A stretch of DNA of 64,000 nt from Alphaproteobacteria bacterium (lineage in GTDB: Bacteria; Pseudomonadota; Alphaproteobacteria; UBA2966). Below are positions 20,777 through 31,086 of the stretch, piece by piece. The stretch lies in the NCBI GenBank assembly GCA_964291395.2, contig OZ219856.1:160001-224000 (forward strand), read 5' to 3'. The position numbers and the translations under genes were made by a program. The first letter of the stretch is position 1. Every line of letters starts with the position of its first letter. The notes beneath the pieces were generated by a model, which saw nothing but the letters and a program-made list of their open reading frames with translations, made no database searches and was not told the DNA's origin.

Positions 20777-22156
20777 TCAGCCGTCGTTCCGGACTCCCGC
20801 AGGATCGCCGACGACGACGATCGTAAGGCCGACGCGACCCAGCAAACGTCCGGCGATCCGCCGGATGTCCTCCAGGGTCACGGCATCGATCAGCTCCGAA
20901 CGGCGCCGGATGTAGTCCTTGCCCAGGTCGTCGAGCTGGATGCCCACCAGCGTACGGGCGATCTTGGCGTTGGAATCGAGCTGCAGCGGGAACGACCCGT
21001 TGAGAAACGTCTTGGCGCGTTCGAGCTCGTCCGCGGTGATGCCGTTCGCGGCGACGTCGGCGATCTGGGCCTCGATGATGTCGAGGGAGTCGCCGACCCG
21101 CTCGTTCACGGTGGCCACGCCGCCGAGATAGACGGCGGAATGGTCGTAAGGATGGAGGTACGTGTACACCGAATACGCGAGGCCGCGCTTCTCGCGGACC
21201 TCCTGGTACAGCCGCGAAGCAAATCCGCCGCCGCCGAGCACGTAGTTCATGAGGTAGGCGGCGTAGAAATCGGGGTCGTCGCGCTTGAGTCCGGGGAGCC
21301 CGAACATCACCACGCTTTGTGGAATCGGTTTACGAACGACCGTGACCGATCCTGCGGCCGACGGCATGGTTTCGGCCACCTCGACCGGCCTCGCCGTTTC
21401 CGCGAGGTCGCCAAAGCCGATATCCAACAATCGCTGCAGCTCTTTCGGCGTGACGTCGCCCACCACCCCGATGACGGCGTTGTCCCGGGCGAACCGGTTG
21501 CGGCTGAAAGCCGCGAGATCGTCCCGGGTGATCGTGGCGATGCTCTCCGGTGTCCCGCGGTTCGGCCGTCCATAGGGGTGATCGGGGAACGCCTTGGCGA
21601 ACCAGGTACGGCCGGCGATGCGGTCCGGGTCTTCCGCGTCACGGGCCAGAACGACCCTCAGCTGCTGGCGGATGCGCTCCACGGGCCGCGGATCGTAACG
21701 CGGCGTGGAGAGGGCCATTCCGAGCATGCGGAAGGCCTCGTCGCGGTGCTCGGCCAGCGTCCGAACGCTCAAGCGGAACGTGTCCTTGTTGGCGCGGGCG
21801 GAAAATCCGATGGCGAGCTCCTGCAGCCGTTCCTGAAAGGCGGCCGAGTCGAGATCGCCCGCCCCTTCGTCGAGAAGGCCGGCGACCATGTTGGCCAAGC
21901 CCTCCTTCCCTGCCGGGTCGGTAGCGGAACCGCCGCGGAAGGCGATCTGGACGGAAATGACGGGAATACCGGGCTCGTTGACGAGCCATGCCCTCACGCC
22001 CCTGGCGCTTTCGATTTCGAGGATTTCGGGAGCGGCGAGCGCCTGCGGCGGCGGCAGGGCCGCGACCGCGGCGAGCAGCGCGGCGGCGGCGGCCGATCGA
22101 ACCGTCCGGAGCCCCGACGCCGTGAGGGTGCGGTCGAATCCCCTACCGGGCCGCAT
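20777..22156 (-). CDS. M16 family peptidase, non-catalytic partner subunit
   Basis: [22 protein letters not shown]; no HxxEH motif. Confidence 0.9.
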   Translation of the reverse strand: MRPGRGFDRTLTASGLRTVRSAAAAALLAAVAALPPPQALAAPEILEIESARGVRAWLVNEPGIPVISVQIAFRGGSATDPAGKEGLANMVAGLLDEGAGDLDSAAFQERLQELAIGFSARANKDTFRLSVRTLAEHRDEAFRMLGMALSTPRYDPRPVERIRQQLRVVLARDAEDPDRIAGRTWFAKAFPDHPYGRPNRGTPESIATITRDDLAAFSRNRFARDNAVIGVVGDVTPKELQRLLDIGFGDLAETARPVEVAETMPSAAGSVTVVRKPIPQSVVMFGLPGLKRDDPDFYAAYLMNYVLGGGGFASRLYQEVREKRGLAYSVYTYLHPYDHSAVYLGGVATVNERVGDSLDIIEAQIADVAANGITADELERAKTFLNGSFPLQLDSNAKIARTLVGIQLDDLGKDYIRRRSELIDAVTLEDIRRIAGRLLGRVGLTIVVVGDPAGVRNDG

Positions 22157-22164
22157 CCGCAGTC

Positions 22165-23556
22165 CTAACCGTCCCGCTGCGGCAACAGGAGACCGGTCAC
22201 CGACGTGCGATCGTCGAACACGTGCCGCGCCGCCGCCAGAACGTCTTCGGCGGTCACGGCGGCGATCAGGTCCGGCCAGGCTTCCACGTCCTGCGCGGTG
22301 CGGCCGACCGCGAGCGCGGCGCCGAAAATGCGCGCCCCGGTCGCCAGACTGTCCCGGGAGAACACGGCTGCGGCCGTCATGCCGGCCTTCGCCCGCCGAA
22401 GCTCTTCCTCCGTGACCCCGGAGTCCAGCAGCTTGCCGATCTCCTCCTCGATCCGCGTTTCGATCGTCTCGAGGTCCCCGCCGGCCCGCGGACTGCCGTA
22501 GAGATAGAACCGCGAGAGGTCCAGCGAGCCGCCGCCGTAAGATGTCCCGGCGCCGCTCGCCACCTTTTCCTCGACGACCAGCCGCCTGTAGAGGCGCGAC
22601 GTCGTTCCGCCGCCGAGAATCTCCGAAAGAACCTGGAGCGGTATCGCATGCCGGGTCTCGCCGGCCGTTCTGCTGGGCGCCAGGTAGGTCCGTCTCCAGG
22701 ACGGCACGCGGACCCGGGGATCGCGCATCACGACGCGCCGGGCGGCCCGCTGCGGCGGCTCGCGCAGACGCTGGCGTGCCGCGACGTCTCGCGCCGGAAT
22801 GGGGCCGTAGTGCCTTTCGGCCAGCGGACGCACCCGGTCCGGGGTCACGTCCCCCGCGACGATCAGCACGGCGTTGTTCGGCGCATAGTACCCGGCATAG
22901 AGATCGAGCAGGTCCTGCCGCGAGAGCTCCGCCACCTCGTGCTCCCAGCCGATCACGGGGCGCCCGTAGGGGTGCGAGTGGAACTGCACGGAGCTCATCT
23001 GCTCGCTCAGCAGACTGCTCGGATCGTTCTCCAGCCGCGAACGGCGCTCCTCCTGAACGACCCCGCGTTCGGCGGCGATATCCTCCTCGCGCACCACCAG
23101 GTTGGTCATGCGATCGGCCTCCAACCGCATCACCGTCCCCAGATGCCGGGAGGCGATCGTCTGGTAGTAGCCCGTGTAGTCGTAACCCGTGAAGGCGTTC
23201 TCGCGGCCGCCGAGGCGGGCCACGGTCCGCGAGAATTCGCCCGCCGGAACGTTCCGCGTCCCCTTGAACATGATGTGCTCGAGGTAGTGGGCGAGGCCGG
23301 ACCTGCCCGGCGGGTCGTCGGCCGCGCCCACCTTGTACCAGATCATGTGGGTGACGACGGGAGCCCGGTGATCCGAAATCACGACGACCTGCAGTCCGTT
23401 GTCGAGGGTGAACTGGCGGGGGTCGAACAGGCCCGCTCGCGTGGCGCCGTGGAGGTCGCCGGCGAGGAGGGCCAGGAACAAGGCCGCGGCGAGGACCGGA
23501 AAACCCGGCCACAGGCGCCGTCCACCCCTGAATTTCCCCGGCACGGTGCGAGCCAT
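22165..23556 (-). CDS. M16 family zinc peptidase
   Basis: GLAHYLEHIMFKGT (HxxEH), NAFT, HPYGRPVIGW. Confidence 0.93.
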   Translation of the reverse strand: MARTVPGKFRGGRRLWPGFPVLAAALFLALLAGDLHGATRAGLFDPRQFTLDNGLQVVVISDHRAPVVTHMIWYKVGAADDPPGRSGLAHYLEHIMFKGTRNVPAGEFSRTVARLGGRENAFTGYDYTGYYQTIASRHLGTVMRLEADRMTNLVVREEDIAAERGVVQEERRSRLENDPSSLLSEQMSSVQFHSHPYGRPVIGWEHEVAELSRQDLLDLYAGYYAPNNAVLIVAGDVTPDRVRPLAERHYGPIPARDVAARQRLREPPQRAARRVVMRDPRVRVPSWRRTYLAPSRTAGETRHAIPLQVLSEILGGGTTSRLYRRLVVEEKVASGAGTSYGGGSLDLSRFYLYGSPRAGGDLETIETRIEEEIGKLLDSGVTEEELRRAKAGMTAAAVFSRDSLATGARIFGAALAVGRTAQDVEAWPDLIAAVTAEDVLAAARHVFDDRTSVTGLLLPQRDG

Positions 23557-23782
23557 ATCGCCTCGTTCTCCCCGTTCGCGGACGTCACGCGCGATCCCTG
23601 GAGAATATGGAGGTGTGAAAGGCGACCGCAAGCGGGGGAACTTCACGCTCCCGTGAATTCGGGGATGCGGACGCGGCAAGGCGACGCCGTGGGCATCTCG
23701 GCGGTCGGAAGCCGCGGGGAATGTGGACGGTCTATCCGCATGGGTGCTTGCGCGCCGGGCCGTGCTCCGCCACAAGGAGGCG

Positions 23783-23975
23783 GTGACGGGAACGAGCGCG
23801 AAACTGACGGCCGCGGTGGAGGCGTATTTCGCCGATCTCGCGCGGGTGCGCGCCTCGGGCGGCGCGACCGGAGAACGGTCGAGCTACGGGCCGCTCGCCA
23901 ACCTGCTCAACGCCGTCGGCGCGGCGCTCAAGCCGAAGGTGTTCTGCGTCGGCGAGCTTGCCGACCAGGGCGGAG
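23783..23975 (+). pseudogene. N-terminal remnant of a fused restriction-modification (N-6 DNA methylase/type ISP-like) enzyme
   Basis: RBS AAGGAGG then GTG; AVEAYFADLARVRASGGATGERSSYGPLANLLNAVGAALKPKVFCVGELADQG resembles such N-termini from recall; the frame stops at 24058. Confidence 0.55.
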
Positions 23976-24024
23976 CGGGATCGCAGGAAAGAGCAGGAAG
24001 CACCGGGGCTGCAAGAGTGCGCGA

Positions 24025-25563
24025 TCAGCCGGCGCGCTCCATTGACCACAGCACCTGATCGGCAATAAATCGCGCGAATGGTTCCATGTCTTGCTGGACG
24101 CTGGCGCGTTCAAGCGCGGCGAGATAGGGATCGCGGTCTTCCACGCGGATTATGCTCCATGGATAGCCGCCGGAGGCCAGCATGGTGTTCATAAGGAAGC
24201 GCGCCATGCGCCCGTTGCCGTCCGGATAGGGATGGATGTAACCGAAGAGCCAGTGCCCCAGGACGGCGCGCACCGACGGTTCGGGTTCGTTTTCCAGCAG
24301 GTCGAACAATGCGGGCATGGCGTCACGCACGGCTTCCCGGCGGGGCGGCACGTGGCGCGATCCGCGCAGGAAAACCGAGTCGTTCCGGTAGCCGGCAAGC
24401 GCCGAGGCTTTGATCAGACCCGCGGCAACAGAGGGCGCAAACATTTCCCGATACCAGTCCCGATGGACGGTACGGGCCAAGACGCCGGGATTCGCGCCGT
24501 CAATCACTTCCCCGACAGTCCTTCGGACAAGCTGAAATGCCTGCCAGTAACCGCGTGCCGCCAGTGCATCGCGGGTCTGGCGGTCGACGTCACGTCCGTG
24601 CGGGTCCCAATCACCTGCGCGCACCTGTTCGATCAGCTCAGGCGTTACACGGTATCCTTCGATCGACAACGAGTGATAGGCGTCATTCCGATAGATGTCA
24701 TCGACGAAGGAGAGATAGGCACTCTTGTCCAGCGGCAATCCGGGGGCTTTCGAGAAAGCCGCGATAACGGGTTCGCGGAAGGCTTTCCACATGGATTGCA
24801 GGCGACCGACAACAGGCGGGCGCACCTGATTGGCGATGGCGAACGTGTTGCCCGATACGAACGGATCGGTCTCGCGTACGTCGTAACCGGCGCGTCTCAT
24901 GACGGTCAGAATCTCGTCAGCCTCAGTGGCTCGGCGAAGTCGGCGAAGGGCACCGGCAAGCCGACCGGCAACGACCGAATGGCCGCCACCAAGGAGCCGG
25001 CCCAGCAGGTCGGCCGCATCGCGGATACCGGAGAGCACCACCTGTGCCTCGACCGGGTAGCGGGCAAAGAACGCTGCGGGGACTCTCGTCACCGCCGCTT
25101 CAGGCACGTAAAGCCTGAGGCCGTTCCGGGTCGTCAGATCTGCGTGAGGAGGCATGCCGTTCTGCTTGAGGTCGTAGAGGGACGTGTCAAACGGCAGCTC
25201 GACCCGGTTGTTGGCGCCTCTCGGTGTATAGACGATGACCTGCCGAGGTATGACGGTGTATTCCGCGTGGAGCAGTAGAGATTGCTCGGGGGACAGGTGC
25301 CAAGCCTCACCGAAGCGATTGCTGCAATAGGAAGCGCAGAATTCCCAGAATGATGCATACCACGGCGTCGTGTCGCCAGGGTCGGCGTCGGGGCTGGACG
25401 AGATCAGCCAGCCCTTCATGACCTCGCGCAGGAAGCCGTTCTTGACCAGGCGCTCCCGGTGAAGTCGCGTCAGCTCAGCGGAGCGGAAGACCCGCCGGCC
25501 TGTTTTCCGGAGCTTCTCGAGCTGCGCCAAGGACGAGGCGAGCTTCTCGTTAGGTGCCGCCAT
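24025..25563 (-). CDS. Large Fic-domain protein
   Basis: C-terminal Fic motif HPYPDGNGRMAR; DAYHSLSIEGY; long N-terminal extension. Confidence 0.92.
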   Translation of the reverse strand: MAAPNEKLASSLAQLEKLRKTGRRVFRSAELTRLHRERLVKNGFLREVMKGWLISSSPDADPGDTTPWYASFWEFCASYCSNRFGEAWHLSPEQSLLLHAEYTVIPRQVIVYTPRGANNRVELPFDTSLYDLKQNGMPPHADLTTRNGLRLYVPEAAVTRVPAAFFARYPVEAQVVLSGIRDAADLLGRLLGGGHSVVAGRLAGALRRLRRATEADEILTVMRRAGYDVRETDPFVSGNTFAIANQVRPPVVGRLQSMWKAFREPVIAAFSKAPGLPLDKSAYLSFVDDIYRNDAYHSLSIEGYRVTPELIEQVRAGDWDPHGRDVDRQTRDALAARGYWQAFQLVRRTVGEVIDGANPGVLARTVHRDWYREMFAPSVAAGLIKASALAGYRNDSVFLRGSRHVPPRREAVRDAMPALFDLLENEPEPSVRAVLGHWLFGYIHPYPDGNGRMARFLMNTMLASGGYPWSIIRVEDRDPYLAALERASVQQDMEPFARFIADQVLWSMERAG

Positions 25564-25582
25564 GCCAAGCCTTCCAGCGCTT

Positions 25583-25640
25583 TCGCAAGTGTAATGCGTT
25601 GTGCTGTTACAAGTATATATTGATGATTTTTGACAAGTCA
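25583..25640. repeat. Three CAAGT-core direct repeats at 24-bp period in the Fic promoter region
   Basis: tcgCAAGTgt, ttaCAAGTat, tgaCAAGTca; cores start at 25586, 25610 and 25634 in an AT-rich patch. Confidence 0.6.
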
Positions 25641-25921
25641 ATGATGCCGTGTCATCGCGCGTGAATCATGACGTATCGATGCGGGTCTTTGTTGGAACGT
25701 CGTCGCACCCTCAGGAGGGAGGTTCCTTCCGGGACGGATGCCTCGCGGTCCAGGGGTGACCAAGTGTTGCACCGGATGCAGAGCCTCAGTGAGGGGCTGG
25801 ACCCGTTCATCGAGGCTTCGATCAAGGGCCGCAAGGCTTTGCGACCAGGGCGGTTTCCACCGCTTCACGCGACGGCGGACACCGGCCGGACGTGCATCGG
25901 CGATGCGTCGGGCGGGACCGA

Positions 25922-26503
25922 TCAGAAAGCGCGCTTGAAGATCGAGTCCCTGCGTTCGATCACGGGCACCTCGCCCTGGGCCGGTGACTGACCCTTCTCC
26001 GCGGCCTCGCGCAGGCGTTCGGCCTCCTTCTCCGCATCGACGAGCGACTCCTCTTCGGAGTCGTCCTGCCAGAACAGCAGGCGCCGGGTAAACGAGGGGT
26101 CCTTTTCCGCCAACGCCGAGGTCTCGCGGCGGAGGACGGCCCGTATCTGCGGATCCGCCTCGTCCGTACCCGCTTTTCTCAGGAAGAGGGTTTCGGCGCG
26201 GCTGCGGGCCGGCTGCGCGCCGGTTTCGCGGGCGGCCGCGGCGCCGGACCGGTCCCGCGCGGCGCCGATCAGCGCGCGCCGGGCCTGTTCGCGTACCTGA
26301 ACGTCCTGCGGTCCGCTCGATCCCGGCCTGGGCGGCCGCAGGGTGAAGTCGGGTGGAATGATGAGCGGCGCCTTCGTGACCACGGTGAATTCGTCCGGGG
26401 CCGACTTCGTCAGCCCGAGCTGCTTCTTGACGCCGGTACAGGAGGACAGCGCCGCCCCCAGCAGAAGAACGGCAAGGCATCGGGAAATCGGTGGGGTCGT
26501 CAT
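25922..26503 (-). CDS. DUF3035-type lipoprotein
   Basis: Lipobox LSSC; APDEFTVVTKAPLIIPPDFTLRPPRPG; follows lspA. Confidence 0.85.
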   Translation of the reverse strand: MTTPPISRCLAVLLLGAALSSCTGVKKQLGLTKSAPDEFTVVTKAPLIIPPDFTLRPPRPGSSGPQDVQVREQARRALIGAARDRSGAAAARETGAQPARSRAETLFLRKAGTDEADPQIRAVLRRETSALAEKDPSFTRRLLFWQDDSEEESLVDAEKEAERLREAAEKGQSPAQGEVPVIERRDSIFKRAF

Positions 26504-26544
26504 CTTCGGGAACCGTTCGCTCGATAAGACACGCTCGACATGAT

Positions 26545-27016
26545 TCAGGCTTCGTCCCGCCGCGCGTGGAAAAATCCATCATACAGCAGCGCGATCACGC
26601 CGGCGACGATGGCCGAATCGGCAACATTGAAGGCGGGCCAATGATACCCCGCCACGTGAAAGATCCAGGAAATCCAGAACGGCACCGAAGGTCAGACGGT
26701 CGAACGTGTTGCCGAGCGCCCCCCCGATGACGAGACCGAGACCGCTCGCCATGACCCGATTCCCGGCCCGGCGCAGCCAAACGATCAATGCCACGACGAT
26801 GGCGAGGGCGAGCCCCGACAACAACAGGGGCGCCAGAGAGGATTGGCTCTGCAGCATTCCGAAGCTCACGCCCGTATTCCAGACGACCCGGACGTCGAAG
26901 AACGGCGCGACCGCATAGTGCGCGGCACCAAGGCCCCAGACGTCGAGGACCAGCCACTTGGTGAGGCGATCACAGGCGAAGACCGCGAACGCGATTCCCG
27001 CGCCCCAGCGCCACAT
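26545..27016 (-). CDS. lspA: Lipoprotein signal peptidase II with an apparent 1-bp insertion frameshift near 26659-26661
   Basis: [17 protein letters not shown] and GAVLDFLD in one frame; [37 protein letters not shown] continues in a shifted frame. Confidence 0.9.
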
Positions 27017-29877
27017 CAGGCATTCGCCACGACGGCCGGCGGCGCGGCATCGACCGCGTTCCCGCACCGCCGACAGAGGTCGGGGTGAACGGGATCGTCG
27101 CCCACCTCCGCCAGCACCTGCCAGCACCGCTCGCACCTGGTCCCGTCGGCCGGGTCCGGCACGACGGTCACGCCCGCCACCTCCTCAAGGCGGAAACCGT
27201 CCTCCGGTCCTTCGGCGACGACGAGCTCGGCCCCCGACGTGATGGCGATCTCGCCCAGGTCGAGTCCTTCGAGGGCCTCCGCGAACTCCGGGGTGACATG
27301 GACTCTGGGCCGGGACTGGAGGCTGGAGCCGATGCGTTTTTCCCGGCGCTCCACCTCGAGGGCACCCGTGACGACCCGCCGCAGGTTGCGGACCTTTTCC
27401 CACTTCCGCGCCAGAGCGTCGTCGCGCCACTCCTCCGGCACGCTCGGGAAGGTCCGGAGATGAACGCTGCCGTCCTCTCCCGGATTTCGGGACAGCCAGG
27501 CTTCCTCGGCGGTGAAACACAGGACCGGCGCGAGCCAGGCCGTCAGGCAATCGAACAAGGTATCGAGCACCGTCCGGGCCGCCCGGCGACGCGGCGAATC
27601 GAGCCTGTCGCAATAGAGCGAGTCCTTGCGGATATCGAAGTACAACGCCGACAGATCCACCGTGCAGAAGTTGTAGAGAGCAACGAACATGCGATGGAAA
27701 TCGAAATCGTCGCACGACCGGCGGACGAGCCGGTCGAGCTCGCAGAGCCGATGCAACACCCAACGCTCCAGCTCGGGCATCCCGCTCGCCGGCACGCGTT
27801 CGGATTCGTCGAACTCCGCGAGGTTGCCGAGCAGGAAGCGCAAGGTGTTGCGGAGCTTCCGGTAGGCGTCCACCTGCGTCTTGATGATCTCGGGGCCGAT
27901 GCGAAGATCTTCGGTGAAATCCGAGCTGACCACCCAGAGCCGCAGGATATCGGCCCCGTGCCGATCCATGATCTCCTGGGGCCCGACCACATTGCCGAGC
28001 GATTTCGACATCTTCCGTCCGTGCTCGTCGAGGACGAAGCCGTGGGTCAGCACCGCGTCGTAGGGCGCCCGTCCGCGCGTGCCGCAGGACTCGAGCAACG
28101 AGGAATGGAACCAGCCCCGGTGCTGATCGGAGCCCTCCAGATAGAGGGACGCCGGCCACGAGAGGTCATCCCGGATCTCGAGCACGAAGCTGTGGGTCGA
28201 TCCCGACTCGAACCACACGTCGACGATGTCGTCGACCTTGTCGTAGTCCGCCGGGTCGTAGTCCGGCCCGAGGAAGCGTTCCGCACCGCTGGTGAACCAG
28301 GCATCCGCGCCTTCCCGCCCGAAGGTCTCGACGATCCGTCGGTTGACCTTCTCGTCCCGCAGCGGTTCGCCGGTCTTCCTGTCGACGAACACGGTGATGG
28401 GAACGCCCCAGGCGCGCTGGCGCGAGATCACCCATTCCGGCCTCTGCTCCACCATGGAGTAGATCCGGGCGTGGCCGCTTTTCGGCACCCATCTCACCTC
28501 GTCGATGGCCTTCAGCGCGGTCTTCCGCAGGTCGTTCTCGGACATGCCGATGAACCATTGCGGCGTATTGCGGAAGATGAGGGGCGCCTTCGACCGCCAT
28601 GAATGCGGATAGGAGTGGGTGATCCTGCCGCGTCCCAGAAGTCCGCCGGCGCCCCGCAGCGCCTCGCACACCGGGTCGTCGGCCTTGAACACGTGGACGC
28701 CGGCGAAGAGCGGCACGTGATCGAAGAAGTTGCCGTCCTCGTCCACGGTGTGCGGCACCTCGATGCCGTTGGCCTGGCCGAGCTCGAAATCCTCCGCGCC
28801 GTGGCCCGGGGCGATGTGCACGAACCCCGTGCCCTGCTCCATGTCGACGAAATCCGCCGGCAGCAACGGCACTTCGAAATCATAGCCCTGGCCGCGGAGG
28901 GGATGTTGACAGAGCGTACCGGCCAGGTCGGCGCCGCTGAACCGTTCCACGACGTCGTGGCCGGCGATGCCCGTCTGTCGGCACACGTCGCCGATCAGCG
29001 CCGCGGCCACCACGATCTCCTCGCCGACGACGGCCAGACTCGCGTCGCCGACCTCGGTTACGCGAATCCGCGCATACTGGACCTTGGGAGAAACGGCGAG
29101 CGCCCGGTTCCCCGGCATGGTCCACGGGGTCGTCGTCCAGATCACGATGCTGGCGCCCGACGCCGCCGTGACCGGCGACGATTCGAGAACGCGGAACCGC
29201 ACGTAGACGGTCGTCGACACATGGTCGTGATACTCGATCTCGGCCTCGGCGAGCGCCGTCTTCTCGACGACAGACCACATGACGGGTTTCGACCCCTTGT
29301 AGAGGCCGCCGTTCATCAGGAACCGGCAGATCTCGTCCGCGATGATGGCTTCGGACTCGCGATGCATGGTGGCGTAAGGGCGCTTCCAGTCGCCGAGCAC
29401 GCCGAGTCTCTGGAACTCCCGGCTCTGGATGCCGATCCATTTCTCCGCGAATTCCCGGCATTCCTGACGGAATCGCACGATCGGCACCTCATCCTTGTCC
29501 CGGCCCGAATCCCGGTACATCTGCTCCACCTGCCACTCGATGGGCAAGCCGTGACAATCCCATCCGGGGACGTAGTTCGCGTCCTTCCCCATCATCTGCT
29601 GGGACCGGTTCACCACATCCTTGAGGATCTTGTTGAGCGCCGTGCCGATGTGGATGTTGCCGTTCGCATAGGGCGGACCGTCGTGGAGGATGAACGCCTC
29701 GCGGCCCTTCGAGGCTTCCCGCAGCCGTGCATAGAGGTCGAGCCCGGCCCAGCGCTCGAGCAGTTCGGGCTCGCGCCTGGGCAGTCCGGCACGCATGGGA
29801 AAATCGGTTTTGGGCAGAAATACCGTCGACCGGTAATCGGCGCCGGAACGATCGGAGGCTTGTTGTTTGGCAGACAT
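27016..29877 (-). CDS. ileS: Isoleucine--tRNA ligase
   Basis: [29 protein letters not shown]; C-terminal CERCW...CRRC. Confidence 0.98.
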   Translation of the reverse strand: MSAKQQASDRSGADYRSTVFLPKTDFPMRAGLPRREPELLERWAGLDLYARLREASKGREAFILHDGPPYANGNIHIGTALNKILKDVVNRSQQMMGKDANYVPGWDCHGLPIEWQVEQMYRDSGRDKDEVPIVRFRQECREFAEKWIGIQSREFQRLGVLGDWKRPYATMHRESEAIIADEICRFLMNGGLYKGSKPVMWSVVEKTALAEAEIEYHDHVSTTVYVRFRVLESSPVTAASGASIVIWTTTPWTMPGNRALAVSPKVQYARIRVTEVGDASLAVVGEEIVVAAALIGDVCRQTGIAGHDVVERFSGADLAGTLCQHPLRGQGYDFEVPLLPADFVDMEQGTGFVHIAPGHGAEDFELGQANGIEVPHTVDEDGNFFDHVPLFAGVHVFKADDPVCEALRGAGGLLGRGRITHSYPHSWRSKAPLIFRNTPQWFIGMSENDLRKTALKAIDEVRWVPKSGHARIYSMVEQRPEWVISRQRAWGVPITVFVDRKTGEPLRDEKVNRRIVETFGREGADAWFTSGAERFLGPDYDPADYDKVDDIVDVWFESGSTHSFVLEIRDDLSWPASLYLEGSDQHRGWFHSSLLESCGTRGRAPYDAVLTHGFVLDEHGRKMSKSLGNVVGPQEIMDRHGADILRLWVVSSDFTEDLRIGPEIIKTQVDAYRKLRNTLRFLLGNLAEFDESERVPASGMPELERWVLHRLCELDRLVRRSCDDFDFHRMFVALYNFCTVDLSALYFDIRKDSLYCDRLDSPRRRAARTVLDTLFDCLTAWLAPVLCFTAEEAWLSRNPGEDGSVHLRTFPSVPEEWRDDALARKWEKVRNLRRVVTGALEVERREKRIGSSLQSRPRVHVTPEFAEALEGLDLGEIAITSGAELVVAEGPEDGFRLEEVAGVTVVPDPADGTRCERCWQVLAEVGDDPVHPDLCRRCGNAVDAAPPAVVANA

Positions 29878-29929
29878 CGTCAGTGCAACTTTCGCGGACG
29901 GGATGCGAAAAAGGTGAAAAGGCTCGTGG

Positions 29930-30003
29930 CCCGACCCTCAGTGGAGGGCCGGGATCGTAATTCGTTCGCTTCCCGCCGCTCGTTCGTGCATTGCCGACAA
30001 CAT
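29930..30003 (-). promoter_or_regulatory. Putative ileS leader peptide and hairpin (attenuator-like)
   Basis: uORF MLSAMHERAAGSERITIPALH* whose stop lies in the hairpin CCCGGCCCTC-CACT-GAGGGTCGGG; U-rich tracts follow. Confidence 0.5.
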
Positions 30004-30083
30004 CGGCGCCCTTTCTAACAGCGTCTTGATTCGGTGTCGAGCGCCGCGCGCCCGGTCTGCCGGCACCACGGCCCGCCGCGCGC

Positions 30084-31076
30084 CTACCGATTGGGACGGG
30101 GCGGGAAGCGGTCTCCGGAATATGCCGGATCGGCGAGGATAGCCCGGGCGCCCTCGCAGTCGGCCGTGATCTGCGCCTTCAGCGCGTCCAGCACGTCGAA
30201 TTTGCGCTCCGGCCGAAGGAAGTCCAGAAACGCCACGCGCACGTCCCGGTCGTAGATGTCCTCGTCGAAATCGAAGATGTGGACTTCCAGCAGCGTGCTC
30301 TTGCCGTCGAACGTGGGCCTGCGGCCGAGATTGGCAACCCCGCCGTGCCAGGTTTCCGGCTCCTCGCCCTCGACGGCAGCGCGGACGGCGTAGACGCCCA
30401 GAGCCGGCTCCAGATGGTCGTTCAACGCGACGTTGGCGGTGGGAAAGCCCAGGCGACGACCGCGCCGGTCCCCGGGGAGGACCGGGCCGCTGATCTCCCA
30501 CCAGCGGCCGAGGCGATCGGCCGCGGGAAGCGGTTTGCCCGCCATCAGATACTCGCGGATGCGGCTGGAGGCGTAGATTTCTCCGCCTTCGGCGGGGTCC
30601 CCGTGCGTGACACCGTCGATGACGGTCAACCCGTAGCCGCCGTCGTTGGACATGCGCGCGAGAAGCTCGTGATTTCCCGTGCGCCCGCGGCCGAACACGA
30701 AGTCGTAACCGACGACGACCCGCCGAACCTCCAATGCGCCGACCAGGACGTCACGCACGAAATCCTCCGCGGCGATGGACGCGAACTCCCTGTCGAAGCG
30801 AACGGCGACCATGAACTGCGCGCCCAGCTTCTCGACCTGGAGGGCCTTGCTGTGCAGCGGCGTCAGTCGAAAGGACGGGAAATCAGGCTGGAACACCGTG
30901 CGGGGGTGCGGCTCGAAGGTCAGGACCCCGAACGGGATGTCCAGATCCGCGGCCTGGCGGCCCGCCTCGCCGATGACCGCCCAGTGGCCGCGGTGCACGC
31001 CATCGAAGTTGCCGATGGCGACGGCACCGCCGCGCACGTCCCGGGGCAGGCCCGCATACTCGCTGAAGGTGCGCAT
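30084..31076 (-). CDS. ribF: Bifunctional riboflavin kinase/FAD synthetase
   Basis: IGNFDGVHRGH, TFEPHP, GRRLGFPTAN, LEVHIFDF. Confidence 0.97.
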   Translation of the reverse strand: MRTFSEYAGLPRDVRGGAVAIGNFDGVHRGHWAVIGEAGRQAADLDIPFGVLTFEPHPRTVFQPDFPSFRLTPLHSKALQVEKLGAQFMVAVRFDREFASIAAEDFVRDVLVGALEVRRVVVGYDFVFGRGRTGNHELLARMSNDGGYGLTVIDGVTHGDPAEGGEIYASSRIREYLMAGKPLPAADRLGRWWEISGPVLPGDRRGRRLGFPTANVALNDHLEPALGVYAVRAAVEGEEPETWHGGVANLGRRPTFDGKSTLLEVHIFDFDEDIYDRDVRVAFLDFLRPERKFDVLDALKAQITADCEGARAILADPAYSGDRFPPRPNR

Positions 31077-31086
31077 CGACACCGGA

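Noticed and set aside
20777-23512. 911-aa ORF suggesting a fused M16 peptidase
   Set aside because: Only the part from 22156 is M16-like; the upstream part is an off-frame overlap of the separate 22165-23556 gene
25668-25991. 107-aa ORF as a possible Fic antitoxin
   Set aside because: Divergent from the Fic gene, overlaps DUF3035, and shows no recognisable inhibitory (S/T)xxxE(G/N)-type antitoxin context or RBS
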